DNA of 64,000 nt from Thermoproteota archaeon (GCA_042565955.1 JBHORG010000003.1:33328-97327), one strand, 5' to 3'. Counted from the stretch's first letter, positions 37,586 through 48,671 are shown. Notes: generated by a model from the letters alone, not told the origin. Numbers and translations: made by a program.

Positions 37586-37806
37586 TCATGTTCTCAGATG
37601 TGGTCACGCTTTGAAATCTTTTTCTCAACTTTTTATCTCATGTATATTCTCAGAATGGTCACACAATGCAAGGTATTTATGATGCTCCAACCATGACATT
37701 GTTTCTACACTTCTCTCAACTGATGGTGCGTGAATCTGAATTTTGACTTAACAAAGTATTACTTCCAGTAAGGGCACACTCCAAAGAGTTTATTGAATCA
37801 AAATAG

Positions 37807-38616
37807 GTGTGCTGTTCAGTGTCTGCGCCTTTGATCGAAACATCTGAGCTTACTAAACGATTTGGCTCAGTTCAAGCCCTAACCGGACTTAATTTCAGAG
37901 TATTTCCCGGAGAAATCTATGGTTTACTAGGTCCAAACGGAGCGGGTAAAACTACAACCATCAAAGCTATCATCGGATTAGTGGAACCAACCTCAGGATG
38001 TGTAAAAGTTCAAGGCTTTGATCCCGTAACGAATCCCATCGAGGTCAAATCAAGAATAGGATATGTTGCCGAAAAACCAATTTTATACGAGTCTCTTTCT
38101 ACAAGGGACTTCTTGGAGTTTGTTGCATCTATACGAAAAATCGATCAAACTTCTGTCAACCATGTAGTAACCCGCCTCGGAGACGCCCTTGATATGGCAA
38201 AATATTTCGACGCTCCGATAGCTACTTTGTCAACTGGAATGAAACAGAAGGTAGCGTTGATTGCTTCTCTTGTTCATCAACCTCCAGTTCTATTATTAGA
38301 TGAGCCTCTGAGTGGTCTTGATGCCAAAAGTAGTCGCATAGTAAAGGATCTGCTTTTGATACATACAAAAAAGGGTGGTGCAGTTCTATTTTCCACACAT
38401 ATAATGGAAGTGGCTGAGAATATCTGCACAAGAATAGGCATAATCTATCAGGGTAAGATAATCGCTGAGGGTACGCTTGAGCAGCTGAAACGTAAAACCG
38501 GAAGTAAAAACGAAACTTTGGAAGAAGTCTTCTTGAAGCTGACAAACGAAGAGACCGATGTTGTCAACAAAACCCGACTGTTGGGGGAGGCATTCTTCAA
38601 TAATGAAGTTGCTTGA
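37807..38616 (+). CDS. ABC transporter ATP-binding protein
   Basis: Walker A GPNGAGKTT, signature LSTGMKQK and Walker B LLLDEP; GTG start. Confidence 0.85.
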   Translation: MCCSVSAPLIETSELTKRFGSVQALTGLNFRVFPGEIYGLLGPNGAGKTTTIKAIIGLVEPTSGCVKVQGFDPVTNPIEVKSRIGYVAEKPILYESLSTRDFLEFVASIRKIDQTSVNHVVTRLGDALDMAKYFDAPIATLSTGMKQKVALIASLVHQPPVLLLDEPLSGLDAKSSRIVKDLLLIHTKKGGAVLFSTHIMEVAENICTRIGIIYQGKIIAEGTLEQLKRKTGSKNETLEEVFLKLTNEETDVVNKTRLLGEAFFNNEVA

Positions 38617-40228
38617 TGCTTGGCGTTTGAGTCGTTTGCCTTACAAGGAAGTCGTGTACAAATCCATAGCTGAAGAAAGAGGTCGTATGTGGTGGGGCGG
38701 TTTTGGTAGAGGACGACTTGGTGCAGACATACAAAATGATTTTGAGTTAACCAAAAAAGCATTAAGGATAGCAAAGTTCGACAAAATACTAGTATCGATA
38801 TTTAACATTATAGCTGCAGTTATACCTTTCACTGCACAGTTATTTGGTTCTCCAATCCTTGGTTTAACAAGTGCAGTCTCATTGAGTTTAGCTGTGACCT
38901 TTGGCTTCATGGTATTATATGCAATTCAGACATTTTCCTCTTTTGTTCGGCCAGAATCCTCAGTCCTGTTATCTACTTTACCGCTGGAGCATAATGATTT
39001 CTCTCTGATTACTTTGTTCTCTTTTATCAGGTCTGTAGATTACATGGTTGTGGGGGCAATACTAAGTCAATTAATCCTTGTGGCTTATTATACTGCTTCT
39101 CCAGTTGCGATAGGGATTATGTTTGTGGCTTCTGTGATGAATGCTGTGCTTGCTGTTGCAGTTGCTCTTTGGTTCTCGAGAATGTTCCAAAAAAACATCT
39201 CCCGTGGAGGAAGATCTAAGAGCAGCAGTGCATTGCGTTTAGTTTTCATATTGATGTGGGGATCACTGCTGATGGGAGTGAGCCTCTTGATTAGTTTGCC
39301 ATGGTACATCGTGCCCTCTTTAGAAACGACGCTGCTTGTCCCCAATCAATTTGTAAATATACTCTTTTGTTTTTTGCATCCGTTCTCTGTAGGCATAACA
39401 ATCTCTAACTTAGGAGGGTCCTTCATTGCAGGGTTTACGGTATCATTTGCGGCTGTCTGTATGGTGGGATATGTTATTGTTGCTGGGTTTGCAGGAAAAT
39501 GGATACTCAAAACGGTGAAACGCATATCCCAAGGAACAGACATTAAAGTAACGCGAATAACAGCAAAAGATTTCTCGATAAAAACGCGTAATCCGTTATT
39601 TAGTTATATCCTAAAAGACCTAAAGATTTCCTCAAGAAATCCTGCAACAGCCTTCTTTTTTGCCTTTCCCATCTTAGAAACTGTGATAATATCTTTCATA
39701 ACTACGAACTTTGAGGTTCTACGGGCTTCCACGTTACTTGTTATGACATTTATGGGCGGAATCTTTGTTTTGCTTATGCCTCTTGCGTTGTTGAGTGCAG
39801 AGGGAACTGGGTTGGAATACACCAAAACGTTGCCATTGAACATTAACAAGATCATAACTTCCAAGACGTTAATATCTACATTGACCTATGTTCCAGTGCC
39901 CATAGTTCTATTCGCCATGGCACTCCTAAAACCCCTGACTTCTCCTCTTACAATTCTTATCCCATTTTTTGTCATATTGTCGATAGCCTCAGCAAGTGTT
40001 TTTGAGATTCAACTCTTCCTGAACTCTGTAACCAAAGGAAAAATATCGGCTCTAATTCACGATTTAAAAAAACTAGTAATCGGTGTTACAACTTTGTTTA
40101 TTCCAATGGTTGCCTATGCTTTTACATATTTACTTACTTTTAATCACGTTATTGCAATTTTTAGTATCGGTGGAGTGTCCCTTTCAGAACTGATGTTAGC
40201 TCTTTATCTACTCAAACGAAACAAATAG
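38603..40228 (+). CDS. multi-pass membrane protein, probable ABC permease partner
   Basis: More than 10 TM segments. The ATG at 38603 overlaps the end of the ATPase gene. Confidence 0.6.
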   Translation: MKLLDAWRLSRLPYKEVVYKSIAEERGRMWWGGFGRGRLGADIQNDFELTKKALRIAKFDKILVSIFNIIAAVIPFTAQLFGSPILGLTSAVSLSLAVTFGFMVLYAIQTFSSFVRPESSVLLSTLPLEHNDFSLITLFSFIRSVDYMVVGAILSQLILVAYYTASPVAIGIMFVASVMNAVLAVAVALWFSRMFQKNISRGGRSKSSSALRLVFILMWGSLLMGVSLLISLPWYIVPSLETTLLVPNQFVNILFCFLHPFSVGITISNLGGSFIAGFTVSFAAVCMVGYVIVAGFAGKWILKTVKRISQGTDIKVTRITAKDFSIKTRNPLFSYILKDLKISSRNPATAFFFAFPILETVIISFITTNFEVLRASTLLVMTFMGGIFVLLMPLALLSAEGTGLEYTKTLPLNINKIITSKTLISTLTYVPVPIVLFAMALLKPLTSPLTILIPFFVILSIASASVFEIQLFLNSVTKGKISALIHDLKKLVIGVTTLFIPMVAYAFTYLLTFNHVIAIFSIGGVSLSELMLALYLLKRNK

Positions 40229-40294
40229 CGCAAAATTTTGTTGCTATGACTCTACGAATTTAAGTGCCTTTCAACTATTGTTATGTGAGAAACA

Positions 40295-41362
40295 GTGCCA
40301 AAAGCAGTATGCTTAAAGGTTCCAAAAAAATTGGGTGAACAAGCAATTCGTCTAATCGTAGATCTTGACCTTTCTAATCCCGAACTAAAGATTCAACCAA
40401 TGGAAGACTATCTGTATATACCTTTAATTAATGAGCCTTTTTCTGCTGATCTTAAAAAATTCGAGAAGAAAATGCAAAAATTCGAAATCACTACCTACCA
40501 CTTCACTGAACGAGAGAAACGACATTTTGTGCCATCCGATTTTCTGACAGACAAACTACCCCAAAATCTCTTTAATGCAATTCCAAGAGCAATCGATTTT
40601 TTAGGTGATATCGCAATCGTCGAGATTCCGCCAGAGCTAGTAGTCTACAAGAAGACTATTGGCGAGGCAATACTGAAAGCACACAAGCAGACCAGAACGG
40701 TTCTAGCCAAGTCTGGAGTAGTTAAAGGAGTTTATCGTTTAAGAGAATTTGAGGTTATAGCTGGGATCGAAAAAACAGTTACCATTTACCAAGAGTACGG
40801 TTGCAGGTATCATCTCGATGTTGCTAGAGCCTACTTCTCTCCAAGGCTTTCGAGTGAACACAACAGAGTTGCTTCAGATGTAAAAGATGGAGAAATAGTT
40901 GTTGACCTGTTCGCTGGAGTTGGGCCCTTCGCTATTCCAAGTGCAAAAAAGCACAAAAACGTGCAAGTCTATGCTATTGATCTGAATCCAGATGCCGTGT
41001 CTCTTCTGGAAAAGAATATTGCTATGAATCGTACAGAAAAACAAGTCGTGCCCATTCTTGGTGACGCTAGACAAGTTGTCAGAGAACAGTTGCTTGGAAA
41101 GGCTGATCGTATAATTATGAACCTGCCTGAAATCGCGTTAGAATTTATTGATGTAGCCTGTGAAACTCTCAAACCCGAGGGAGGTATCATTCATTATTAT
41201 GGTTTTTTGAAAGCTTCAAACCCGTTGGAAGCAGCAAAAGTTCGATTAATCCAAGCTGTGAACCAGAACAAGAGGCAAATAAAGAAAATCCGATTGGCGA
41301 AGACTGTCAGAGAGGTTGCCCCATATACCTGGCAGGTTGTTGTAGATGCGATACTTCAATAG
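40295..41362 (+). CDS. trm5: tRNA (guanine37-N1)-methyltransferase Trm5/Taw22 family
   Basis: Met-10+ like core with VVDLFAGVGPFAIP and IMNLPE motifs. Confidence 0.8.
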   Translation: MPKAVCLKVPKKLGEQAIRLIVDLDLSNPELKIQPMEDYLYIPLINEPFSADLKKFEKKMQKFEITTYHFTEREKRHFVPSDFLTDKLPQNLFNAIPRAIDFLGDIAIVEIPPELVVYKKTIGEAILKAHKQTRTVLAKSGVVKGVYRLREFEVIAGIEKTVTIYQEYGCRYHLDVARAYFSPRLSSEHNRVASDVKDGEIVVDLFAGVGPFAIPSAKKHKNVQVYAIDLNPDAVSLLEKNIAMNRTEKQVVPILGDARQVVREQLLGKADRIIMNLPEIALEFIDVACETLKPEGGIIHYYGFLKASNPLEAAKVRLIQAVNQNKRQIKKIRLAKTVREVAPYTWQVVVDAILQ

Positions 41363-41786
41363 ATTCTACAGTCAACGTAACTTTAACTTTTTGATTAGGG
41401 TCTTTTAGTTTTTCAACAAGATCTCTTGAAAAGTCGACGGCAGCCTTATTTGCTCCAATTGCCAACGTTCGACTGCATACAAAATCACTCTTTCGCACTA
41501 CTAAATCTGTGGGATGTGTAAATTGTAACTTCGGGCTTCCTTTTGCAATAACAATCTCTTTCAGTTTACCTGCCTCAATCGTTATTGTTATTTTTGCCCC
41601 ATTTTTTCTTGCCGCTTCTTTGAATTCAGTAGGCAGGTCAATTACAGCTTTTGTTGCTTCTACGGCTACTATGCAATCGCCTTGTTTCGTTAGAGTAGTC
41701 TCCTTTGTGACCTCCGATGTTGTTTTGTGGGTTGACTGTATATTCTTGTTTCCACGTGCATAAAAAACAACAGTTACAGTGTTCAT
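41307..41786 (-). CDS. DUF371 domain protein
   Basis: ARGNKNIQSTHKTTSEVTKE...QGDCIVAV pattern. Confidence 0.7.
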   Translation of the reverse strand: MNTVTVVFYARGNKNIQSTHKTTSEVTKETTLTKQGDCIVAVEATKAVIDLPTEFKEAARKNGAKITITIEAGKLKEIVIAKGSPKLQFTHPTDLVVRKSDFVCSRTLAIGANKAAVDFSRDLVEKLKDPNQKVKVTLTVESIEVSHLQQPARYMGQPL

Positions 41787-41857
41787 GATACAAAAAGCAC
41801 TATACCCTTCAGATATTTCTTTAGCATTGACCTCTATTATGTTCGATTGCGATTAGG

Positions 41858-42838
41858 TTATTCAAGAACTTCTATGGAGTCAACCTTTCCATCGCCATCA
41901 AGATCAAATCCCTGAATTACAACTGCAAATTCTTCTTCACCATAATTCTTTAATGTCTTATCCCCGAATTTTGTGAGAGCGAGAACACACGCTTTTGTTC
42001 CAACCGCCTTGTTGCCCGCAAGGACAATTACTGTTTTTTCTTTGTTACATGGATTAGGTATTCTCGCTATTACTCCCATGTTGTCTGCTGTGTAGACCTT
42101 TTGGGTTTTTTCTGAAACTAGACCTCCTAAAAGGAAACCATGTTCAGAGGGTATCATGTTAAAGTGTATTGGTAAACTATCGTTGAATTCTTGGGTGATC
42201 AGGTTTGTTCCTGGGCCACCTATCACGATTAGGTTGTTATTCTCTTCTTTCTCAGCTTTCACGTCAACATCCAATTTTATAGTAAAGTCTTCTGGTAAAC
42301 TCACGAATTGACCAAAGAAGAATGTTAGATATGCGGCGTAGTGTCCATCTCTGGCTTTAGCTTTGAATGGTCCGTGAGGGTCAGGGCTTCCCACTATAAT
42401 TTTTCCTTCAAAGATTCCATCTTTAATAACGGGACTTAGAAACTGCCACATTTTCTTTTGAATATTAACGACTGGGAACCTGTTGGTTTTTTGGGAACCA
42501 AATGGCAGTTCTACTCCCATTGCTGGAAATGTAGCTTTATAGTATTTAGCGAAAGCTCCCTTCTTTTCTTCTTCTCGAACGATCTTTATTGCACCTGCTT
42601 TGGTTAGTTTTCTAATGTGGTAGTAAATCTTCTGTTCGTGTACATTCAGTTTTCTGGCAATTTCCATGGGGTACATCTCTTGTTCGCTGAGAATTTGAAG
42701 AATCTTCCAACTGAGTTTGTGTAAAACTGATTTGAGTTTCTCTGGGTCGTCGAAAACTACTATATCTTTGACCGTTAGTTGTCTTTTTTCTTCAGTGATT
42801 AGCAGCTTTTTTTTCATGATCGAGTTTATAGCTAACAC
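41858..42838 (-). CDS. ArsR-type HTH protein with large C-terminal domain
   Basis: SWKILQILSEQEMYPMEIARKLNVHEQKIYYHIRKL wHTH segment followed by a ~220-aa uncharacterised domain. Confidence 0.65.
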   Translation of the reverse strand: MLAINSIMKKKLLITEEKRQLTVKDIVVFDDPEKLKSVLHKLSWKILQILSEQEMYPMEIARKLNVHEQKIYYHIRKLTKAGAIKIVREEEKKGAFAKYYKATFPAMGVELPFGSQKTNRFPVVNIQKKMWQFLSPVIKDGIFEGKIIVGSPDPHGPFKAKARDGHYAAYLTFFFGQFVSLPEDFTIKLDVDVKAEKEENNNLIVIGGPGTNLITQEFNDSLPIHFNMIPSEHGFLLGGLVSEKTQKVYTADNMGVIARIPNPCNKEKTVIVLAGNKAVGTKACVLALTKFGDKTLKNYGEEEFAVVIQGFDLDGDGKVDSIEVLE

Positions 42839-42983
42839 TGTTATAAATATTTTTTTAATGGTTGATTGTTGTAATATACGTTTAAGAGGGGACCTATGTG
42901 AGATGTCGATGTTTTAGTGTTGGTCGAATTAGTGGGCCTTTTTAACTCCGGAATTTTATATACTTGGTCTAGATGCAATGCGC

Positions 42984-43325
42984 TCAGTAGGCTGACTGAC
43001 CTTTCTTAATATATTTCTGCATCTCTTGCCATATCCCTTTAACATCCGGTACTTTTCCCAATATTGGGTCCATTTTTTTACTGTATGTTTCGATGATTAA
43101 AATGCCTTTTCTTCGAATTATACCCCTTTCACTATACTGCATTGTTCTGATATCCTCGATTCTTTCTGCGATGATTCTATCCTTTTTGAATAAGACTCCT
43201 CGTCGTCTAAACAATAGTATTCGTTGGTCGGTTATGTAAAATACAAAATTATCATTGAGGCTTTTGATCCAGTTGCTTTGGAATATTATTAATTCTCCAG
43301 GGAAAAGGAAGTCTGAAAGAACCAC
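42984..43325 (-). CDS. PH-like domain protein, function unknown
   Basis: FYITDQRILLFRRRG pattern reminiscent of bacterial PH/GRAM-like domains. Confidence 0.45.
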   Translation of the reverse strand: MVLSDFLFPGELIIFQSNWIKSLNDNFVFYITDQRILLFRRRGVLFKKDRIIAERIEDIRTMQYSERGIIRRKGILIIETYSKKMDPILGKVPDVKGIWQEMQKYIKKGQSAY

Positions 43326-43568
43326 ATTACTCTCCGTGTCTTTGTTGAGTTTTTTAGTTCATATTTCTTGTGGTTGTGCTGGAGGTGATAGTTGGTCATC
43401 TGTACGGTTTAGGTGTTGTAAAAAAAACTATTATGATTTATTTTTTAATTCTAAAACAAGATTCCTAAAAATGTTTATAGATAATCTTCCAGTTTAACTA
43501 AAGCCTGTTAAGACCAGAATACAGTATTAACCTGTAACTTCAAATTACAAAATAATGAGGAAAAAATA

Positions 43569-45392
43569 ATGTGTGGTATATTCGGATGCATCTTACGAAC
43601 AGGTGAAGCTGCCTCGATAATTCATGGTGGTTTAAAAAAGCTTGAATATCGAGGCTACGACTCTGTTGGAATAGCAACACTTCAAGGTAACCAGCTATCT
43701 ATCAAAAAGGATAGTGGAAAAATTGATGAAGTTCACGCAAAACACAACCTCGACGATCTTCCTGGACGATTGGGAATCGGTCATACCCGATGGGCTACAC
43801 ACGGTGCACCATACAAAGAGAACTCCCATCCTCATACAGACTGCAACAACCAGGTTGCTGTTGTTCATAATGGCATAATTGAGAATTTTGGGGAACTCCA
43901 AACTGAACTACAAGAGCGTGGTCACGTTTTCAAGTCAAAAACTGACACAGAGGTCATCGCACATCTTCTCGAAGAACAGTTGGAGAATGGTTTGTCCTTT
44001 GTTGATGCGGCTCGTGAGACAATAAAGCAATTAGAAGGTTCTTACGCAATTGCTGCAATCTCTGTTAAAGAACCTAATAAAATAATTTGTGCTCGAAAAG
44101 AGAGTCCTCTTGTTCTGGGAGTAGGCGAAAATAGCATCTATGTTGCGTCCGACATTCCAGCTTTTCTCCCTAAAACGAATAGATCTGTTATCATTCAGGA
44201 TGGAGAGCTTGTTATTTTGAATAATGCTGGCTATGAAATCCGGAATATCAATGATTGGCAACAGGTCACAAGGGAACCTGAGATTATAGATTGGGCTCCT
44301 GAAATGGCTGAGAAACAGGGTTATCCACATTTTATGCTAAAGGAGATTCATGAGCAGCCTTTTCGTTTACGAAACACACTCAGGTTGCAGGATAAATACT
44401 TAGAGTTGATGACCACTTTCCTTGATCGGGCGGGAGAAGTGTTCTTGGTAGCGTGTGGAAGCTCATATCATGCTTGCCTCGCAGCATCATACTTGTTTTC
44501 CAAGTTGTCCTTCTTACCAACTCATACTGTTGTTGCCTCAGAGTTCCTTGAACAATATGGAAAATCAGTGAACATCGATAGTACCTTACTGGTAGTAAGC
44601 CAGTCTGGAGAAACCGCTGACTCTTTAAACGCAGTTGAAAGTGCTAAGCTACGAGCCGCTACCGTTCTGGGTCTAACAAACATTGTCGGCTCCACCCTGA
44701 CCCGTATTGCGCGAGTATTCATTTGTCAGCAGTCGGGTCCAGAGATTGGCGTCGCAGCAACGAAAACATTTACTTCTCAGCTTTCAGTGCTTTCTCAGCT
44801 CGCCATAAGACTTGCCAAGAAACGGGGAAAGATATCTCATGTGGAGATTGAGGAAATCGAGGAGAAACTTGAGCAGATTCCAGATATTGTTGAATGTGCT
44901 ATCAATGGTCAGGAAGAGAAAATAAAACAGTTAGCGAAAAAGTATCAGGGCAAGCAAGCCTTTTTCTTTCTAGGACGGGGAATCAGTTCGGCTGTCGCCA
45001 ATGAAGGCAGACTAAAACTTATGGAGATTTCTTACATTCCATCTATAGCGTATCCTGCAGGAGAAAGTAAACATGGTCCCATTAGCCTGATTGAGCTCGG
45101 TTTTCCTGTGATTTTTGTTTGCCCAAAGGGTGATACGCATAGGCCTATGATTAGTAATATTATGGAGATGAAGGCTAGAGGTGCTTCCATAATCGTAGTG
45201 GTTGAGAAGGGTGATGAGGAGATAAAAGCGTTAGCTGACGATTATATTGAGATAGAAACAGGATTGCCTGAAGTTTTGTCTCCAATACCTTTTGTTATTC
45301 CGTTGCAACTCTTCGCTTACTACATGGCACTTGAGCGAGATTGCGACCCTGACATGCCTAGAAACTTGGCCAAATCCGTCACTGTAAAATAG
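43569..45392 (+). CDS. glmS: glutamine--fructose-6-phosphate aminotransferase
   Basis: MCGIFG N-terminus, two SIS domains and the C-terminal LAKSVTV motif. Confidence 0.95.
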   Translation: MCGIFGCILRTGEAASIIHGGLKKLEYRGYDSVGIATLQGNQLSIKKDSGKIDEVHAKHNLDDLPGRLGIGHTRWATHGAPYKENSHPHTDCNNQVAVVHNGIIENFGELQTELQERGHVFKSKTDTEVIAHLLEEQLENGLSFVDAARETIKQLEGSYAIAAISVKEPNKIICARKESPLVLGVGENSIYVASDIPAFLPKTNRSVIIQDGELVILNNAGYEIRNINDWQQVTREPEIIDWAPEMAEKQGYPHFMLKEIHEQPFRLRNTLRLQDKYLELMTTFLDRAGEVFLVACGSSYHACLAASYLFSKLSFLPTHTVVASEFLEQYGKSVNIDSTLLVVSQSGETADSLNAVESAKLRAATVLGLTNIVGSTLTRIARVFICQQSGPEIGVAATKTFTSQLSVLSQLAIRLAKKRGKISHVEIEEIEEKLEQIPDIVECAINGQEEKIKQLAKKYQGKQAFFFLGRGISSAVANEGRLKLMEISYIPSIAYPAGESKHGPISLIELGFPVIFVCPKGDTHRPMISNIMEMKARGASIIVVVEKGDEEIKALADDYIEIETGLPEVLSPIPFVIPLQLFAYYMALERDCDPDMPRNLAKSVTVK

Positions 45393-45481
45393 AAAACTGT
45401 TCAGAAGAGCAAACAGGTTTCTATGTTGGTGAAGAAAAAGGTTCTAAAGTCAACGAAAAAATCTTCTGCTAGGGTCTCAAG

Positions 45482-45790
45482 ATGTCGGGAGGAACATTGT
45501 GGATGGTAAGTAATTATGGTCATGTGACGAATCCAACTGTTCATCCAGAGTGGATAATGTCCCATTCTCCTAGCAACATGGAGATGTTGTTTGCTGTTGG
45601 TGGTGGCGATAAACTTGTTGGAGTAGCCGATCACTATAGCTATCCCCTTGAACTAGAGGTGTGGATTGAAACCAGACGAAATAGTAAGAGTTGGTGGTTA
45701 CTGGAATCCGTCAGTGGAGACGAGTGTATCATTGACGCCTGAATTAGTTCTGGGTTGGGTTTTTGTGATGTTTGTCAGAAGTCTTATATG
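45482..45790 (+). pseudogene. frameshifted fragment of a BtuF/FepB-type substrate-binding protein gene
   Basis: SPSNMEMLFAVGGGDKLVGVADHYSYP parallels APSNTEILFALGAGDKVVGVTDVCDYP of ORF 46588-47538. The continuation VGGYWNPSVETSVSLTPELVLG is in another frame. Only about 100 of 316 residues are represented. Confidence 0.6.
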
Positions 45791-45836
45791 CCTGTTAGGA
45801 TTGATGATCCATCCCAATGTGTAGGATGTTTAAAAC

Positions 45837-46469
45837 GTGAAGGCTGCGGCTCTATTTTCTGGTGGCAAAGATTCCCTATATGCGGTGTATCTTGTTGAAA
45901 AGCAGGGTGTTGAGGTTGATCATCTTATAAGTTTGCTTCCAACTCTTCCTTGGCCTTCTCCTCATGCGGAGAATATGGAATCTTTGAAAATGTTAGCGGA
46001 GTCAATGGGGAAGCATCACCTAATTGTTGATTGTCGACAAAAGGGAGCTTTAGTTGAGGTACTCAAAAGCCTAAATGTTGACGCTTTGGTAGCTGGCGAC
46101 ATTGATGTTGAAGAGCATGTGACCGCTTTTGAGATTGTCTGTAAAAAGGCTGGTTTGAAGTTGCTTGAGCCCTTATACGGTAGAAGCACATTCGAGCTTT
46201 TCGATGAAATCTTTGATTCGGGATTCAAGGCGTTAATTACAGGTGTAAACTTGAAGGACTTGAGTGAGGAATGGCTGGGCTTTGTTATCAGTAAAGAGAC
46301 TAGCGCAGAGTTTCTGTCAAAGATTGGAAATGTGGACCCTTTGGGTGAAAACGGCGAGTTTCATACTCTTGTTCTTGAGTGTCAACTCTACTCGAAAACG
46401 TTCAAGGTAGTGACTGCAGAGAGGAAGGATGGGATGGGTATGGCTTATCTTAATGTGTCGATTGTGTAA
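45837..46469 (+). CDS. dph6: diphthine--ammonia ligase-like ATP pyrophosphatase (Dph6/MJ0570 family)
   Basis: AALFSGGKDSLYAVY PP-loop motif and ENGEFHT near the C-terminus; GTG start. Confidence 0.75.
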   Translation: MKAAALFSGGKDSLYAVYLVEKQGVEVDHLISLLPTLPWPSPHAENMESLKMLAESMGKHHLIVDCRQKGALVEVLKSLNVDALVAGDIDVEEHVTAFEIVCKKAGLKLLEPLYGRSTFELFDEIFDSGFKALITGVNLKDLSEEWLGFVISKETSAEFLSKIGNVDPLGENGEFHTLVLECQLYSKTFKVVTAERKDGMGMAYLNVSIV

Positions 46470-46587
46470 ACTTTTTGTTTATTCTGGGTTTGTTGGAAAT
46501 TCGTATCTCCTTTTTTTATGTGTTTGTTTTTATCAAAAGTTTTATATGTATATGGATGGATTATCCATCCAATGGGATGTATAACCA

Positions 46588-47538
46588 ATGAAGAAAACCA
46601 CCATTTATCTATTGACAACAATCATAATCATTGCCTTAGTTGTTTCAGTCTATGCTTATAACCTATATCAAGTCGAACCCCACACATTCGAGGGCGGCGA
46701 CCTCGTCGATGATCTGGGCTACTCGTTGACTTTAACTTCGCCTCCAGAAAGGATCGTGTCATTGGCACCAAGCAACACTGAAATATTGTTTGCACTTGGA
46801 GCAGGTGATAAAGTTGTGGGCGTAACGGATGTCTGTGACTATCCTTACAATTTTGCGACTTGGGTCGAAGCTGGTAACATGACTAGCATTGGGAACTATT
46901 GGCAACCAGCAGTAGAACCCATTATTGCTCTTGATCCTGATCTTGTTTTTGCTGCTACTTCGAGTGAAGAAACTGCTGAGACTCTGCGAAGCCTTGGATA
47001 CAATGTCTTGATAGTAGAACCAAAAACTATTAACGGTGTTCTTAGTGGCATCCAATTGATAGGCAGGGCAACTGGTAATGATATTAAAGCTGGTGAGTTG
47101 GTGAGTGAACTCAGGCAGAGAATAGATGCGGTCACCAACAGTGCATCGGAGGCAACTTCTATTCCAGCAGTATATCACGAAATTTGGGGACCCGATATCC
47201 AGAGTGCAGGTCCAGGAACATTCATTCATGAGTTGATAGCCTTAGCGGGTGGGCAAAACATTTTCCATGATGCAATTTCTTCTTTTCCTATTGTTAGCTC
47301 GGAAACTGTTATTGAAAGGAATCCTGACGTGATCATATTTCCTCACATGTATATGGGCACTCAATCTTGGGGAAGCTACGAAGATATAGCCAATAGACCC
47401 GGATGGAACGTTATAACTGCTATTCAGAACGACAACTTCCACATAATCGATGCAAGTATAATCTCTAGGTCTGGTCCAAGACTCATGGACGCATTAGAAA
47501 TTATTGCGGAAATGATTCATCCGGAAATTTTTGGGTAA
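46588..47538 (+). CDS. ABC transporter substrate-binding protein (cobalamin/iron-siderophore type)
   Basis: N-terminal anchor, RIVSLAPSNTEILFALG and a periplasmic binding protein type 2 pattern. Confidence 0.85.
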   Translation: MKKTTIYLLTTIIIIALVVSVYAYNLYQVEPHTFEGGDLVDDLGYSLTLTSPPERIVSLAPSNTEILFALGAGDKVVGVTDVCDYPYNFATWVEAGNMTSIGNYWQPAVEPIIALDPDLVFAATSSEETAETLRSLGYNVLIVEPKTINGVLSGIQLIGRATGNDIKAGELVSELRQRIDAVTNSASEATSIPAVYHEIWGPDIQSAGPGTFIHELIALAGGQNIFHDAISSFPIVSSETVIERNPDVIIFPHMYMGTQSWGSYEDIANRPGWNVITAIQNDNFHIIDASIISRSGPRLMDALEIIAEMIHPEIFG

Positions 47539-47588
47539 GCCTAAAATATTTCCCCTTTTTTATACAATAAATCATTTGTGAAATATCG

Positions 47589-48659
47589 ATGAAGATTGAC
47601 GCAGGAGAATCGCATTTAAGACGTGTCTCTCACTGGAAGTTATATTTTGTTTTACTAACCGGTATATTGTTGCTTGTTTTCATTTTTTCCCTTAACATAG
47701 GTTTTTCTCATATTCCCTTCGACAATATCTTGAAGATACTCGCAAAAAACGTTCCAATCTTAGGTGATTTTGTAGAATTCTCAGGTTTTTCAGAGGTTCA
47801 AGAATCAATAATTATTCACATTAGGTTGCCTCGAGTTCTGGGCGGAGCTTTGGTGGGTGTAGCCTTAGCGGTTGCGGGTGTGGCATATCAAGGAATCTTC
47901 AGAAATCCCATGGCAGACCCATACACTATAGGAGCTATGGGCGGGGCATCTTTCGGAGCAGCAGTTGCAATAGTTCTAGGTGTAGGAGTTGCCCTACTTG
48001 GAGTAAATACAGTACCCATTTTTGCCTTCATTGGTGCATTGTTGTCTGTTTTCCTAGTTTATGCCATTTCAAGAGAAGGCCCAAGAGTTCCTATCACAAC
48101 CTTAATACTCTCCGGATTAACTGTAACCATTTTTTTTAATGCATTAGTTACATATTTGAAATTAATCGCCGGTGACAGACTTCATGCACTAACGTTTTGG
48201 ATCATGGGCGGCTTTACGTACACCAACTGGACTGACGTATCAACTATCTTTCCCCTCGTCATTATTGGTACTATAGTCGTCTATCTCTATGCACGCGACC
48301 TGAACATCCTTGTTTTAGGGGAAGAGCAAGCCCAGCACTTAGGTGTTGAATTAGAGAAAGTAAAAAAGATATTATTGGCTGCGGGAGCCCTCATAACCGC
48401 TGCGGCTGTTTCTATTAGCGGTTTAATTGGTTTTGTAGGTTTGATAATCCCACATTTAACAAGAATCCTTATTGGTCCAGATCACCGTATTCTTCTCCCA
48501 ACTTCAGCAATCGTAGGCGCTTCCTTCATGATGATCTGTGATGCCTTGGCACGAGTAATAATAGCTCCTACCGAGTTGCCTGTTGGTGTGATAACAGCCG
48601 TTACAGGCGGTCCGTTTTTTATATATCTCCTTCGTCGTAAGAGCCGAGGATATCAGTAA
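47589..48659 (+). CDS. FecCD/BtuC family ABC permease
   Basis: RLPRVLGGALVGVALAVAG and C-terminal GGPFFIYLL motifs. Confidence 0.9.
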   Translation: MKIDAGESHLRRVSHWKLYFVLLTGILLLVFIFSLNIGFSHIPFDNILKILAKNVPILGDFVEFSGFSEVQESIIIHIRLPRVLGGALVGVALAVAGVAYQGIFRNPMADPYTIGAMGGASFGAAVAIVLGVGVALLGVNTVPIFAFIGALLSVFLVYAISREGPRVPITTLILSGLTVTIFFNALVTYLKLIAGDRLHALTFWIMGGFTYTNWTDVSTIFPLVIIGTIVVYLYARDLNILVLGEEQAQHLGVELEKVKKILLAAGALITAAAVSISGLIGFVGLIIPHLTRILIGPDHRILLPTSAIVGASFMMICDALARVIIAPTELPVGVITAVTGGPFFIYLLRRKSRGYQ

Positions 48660-48671
48660 GGTGATAATGTT

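Noticed and set aside
41307-41362. 56-nt convergent overlap of the trm5 and DUF371 3' ends
   Set aside because: It probably reflects a slightly extended C-terminus of one ORF and is not evidently functional.
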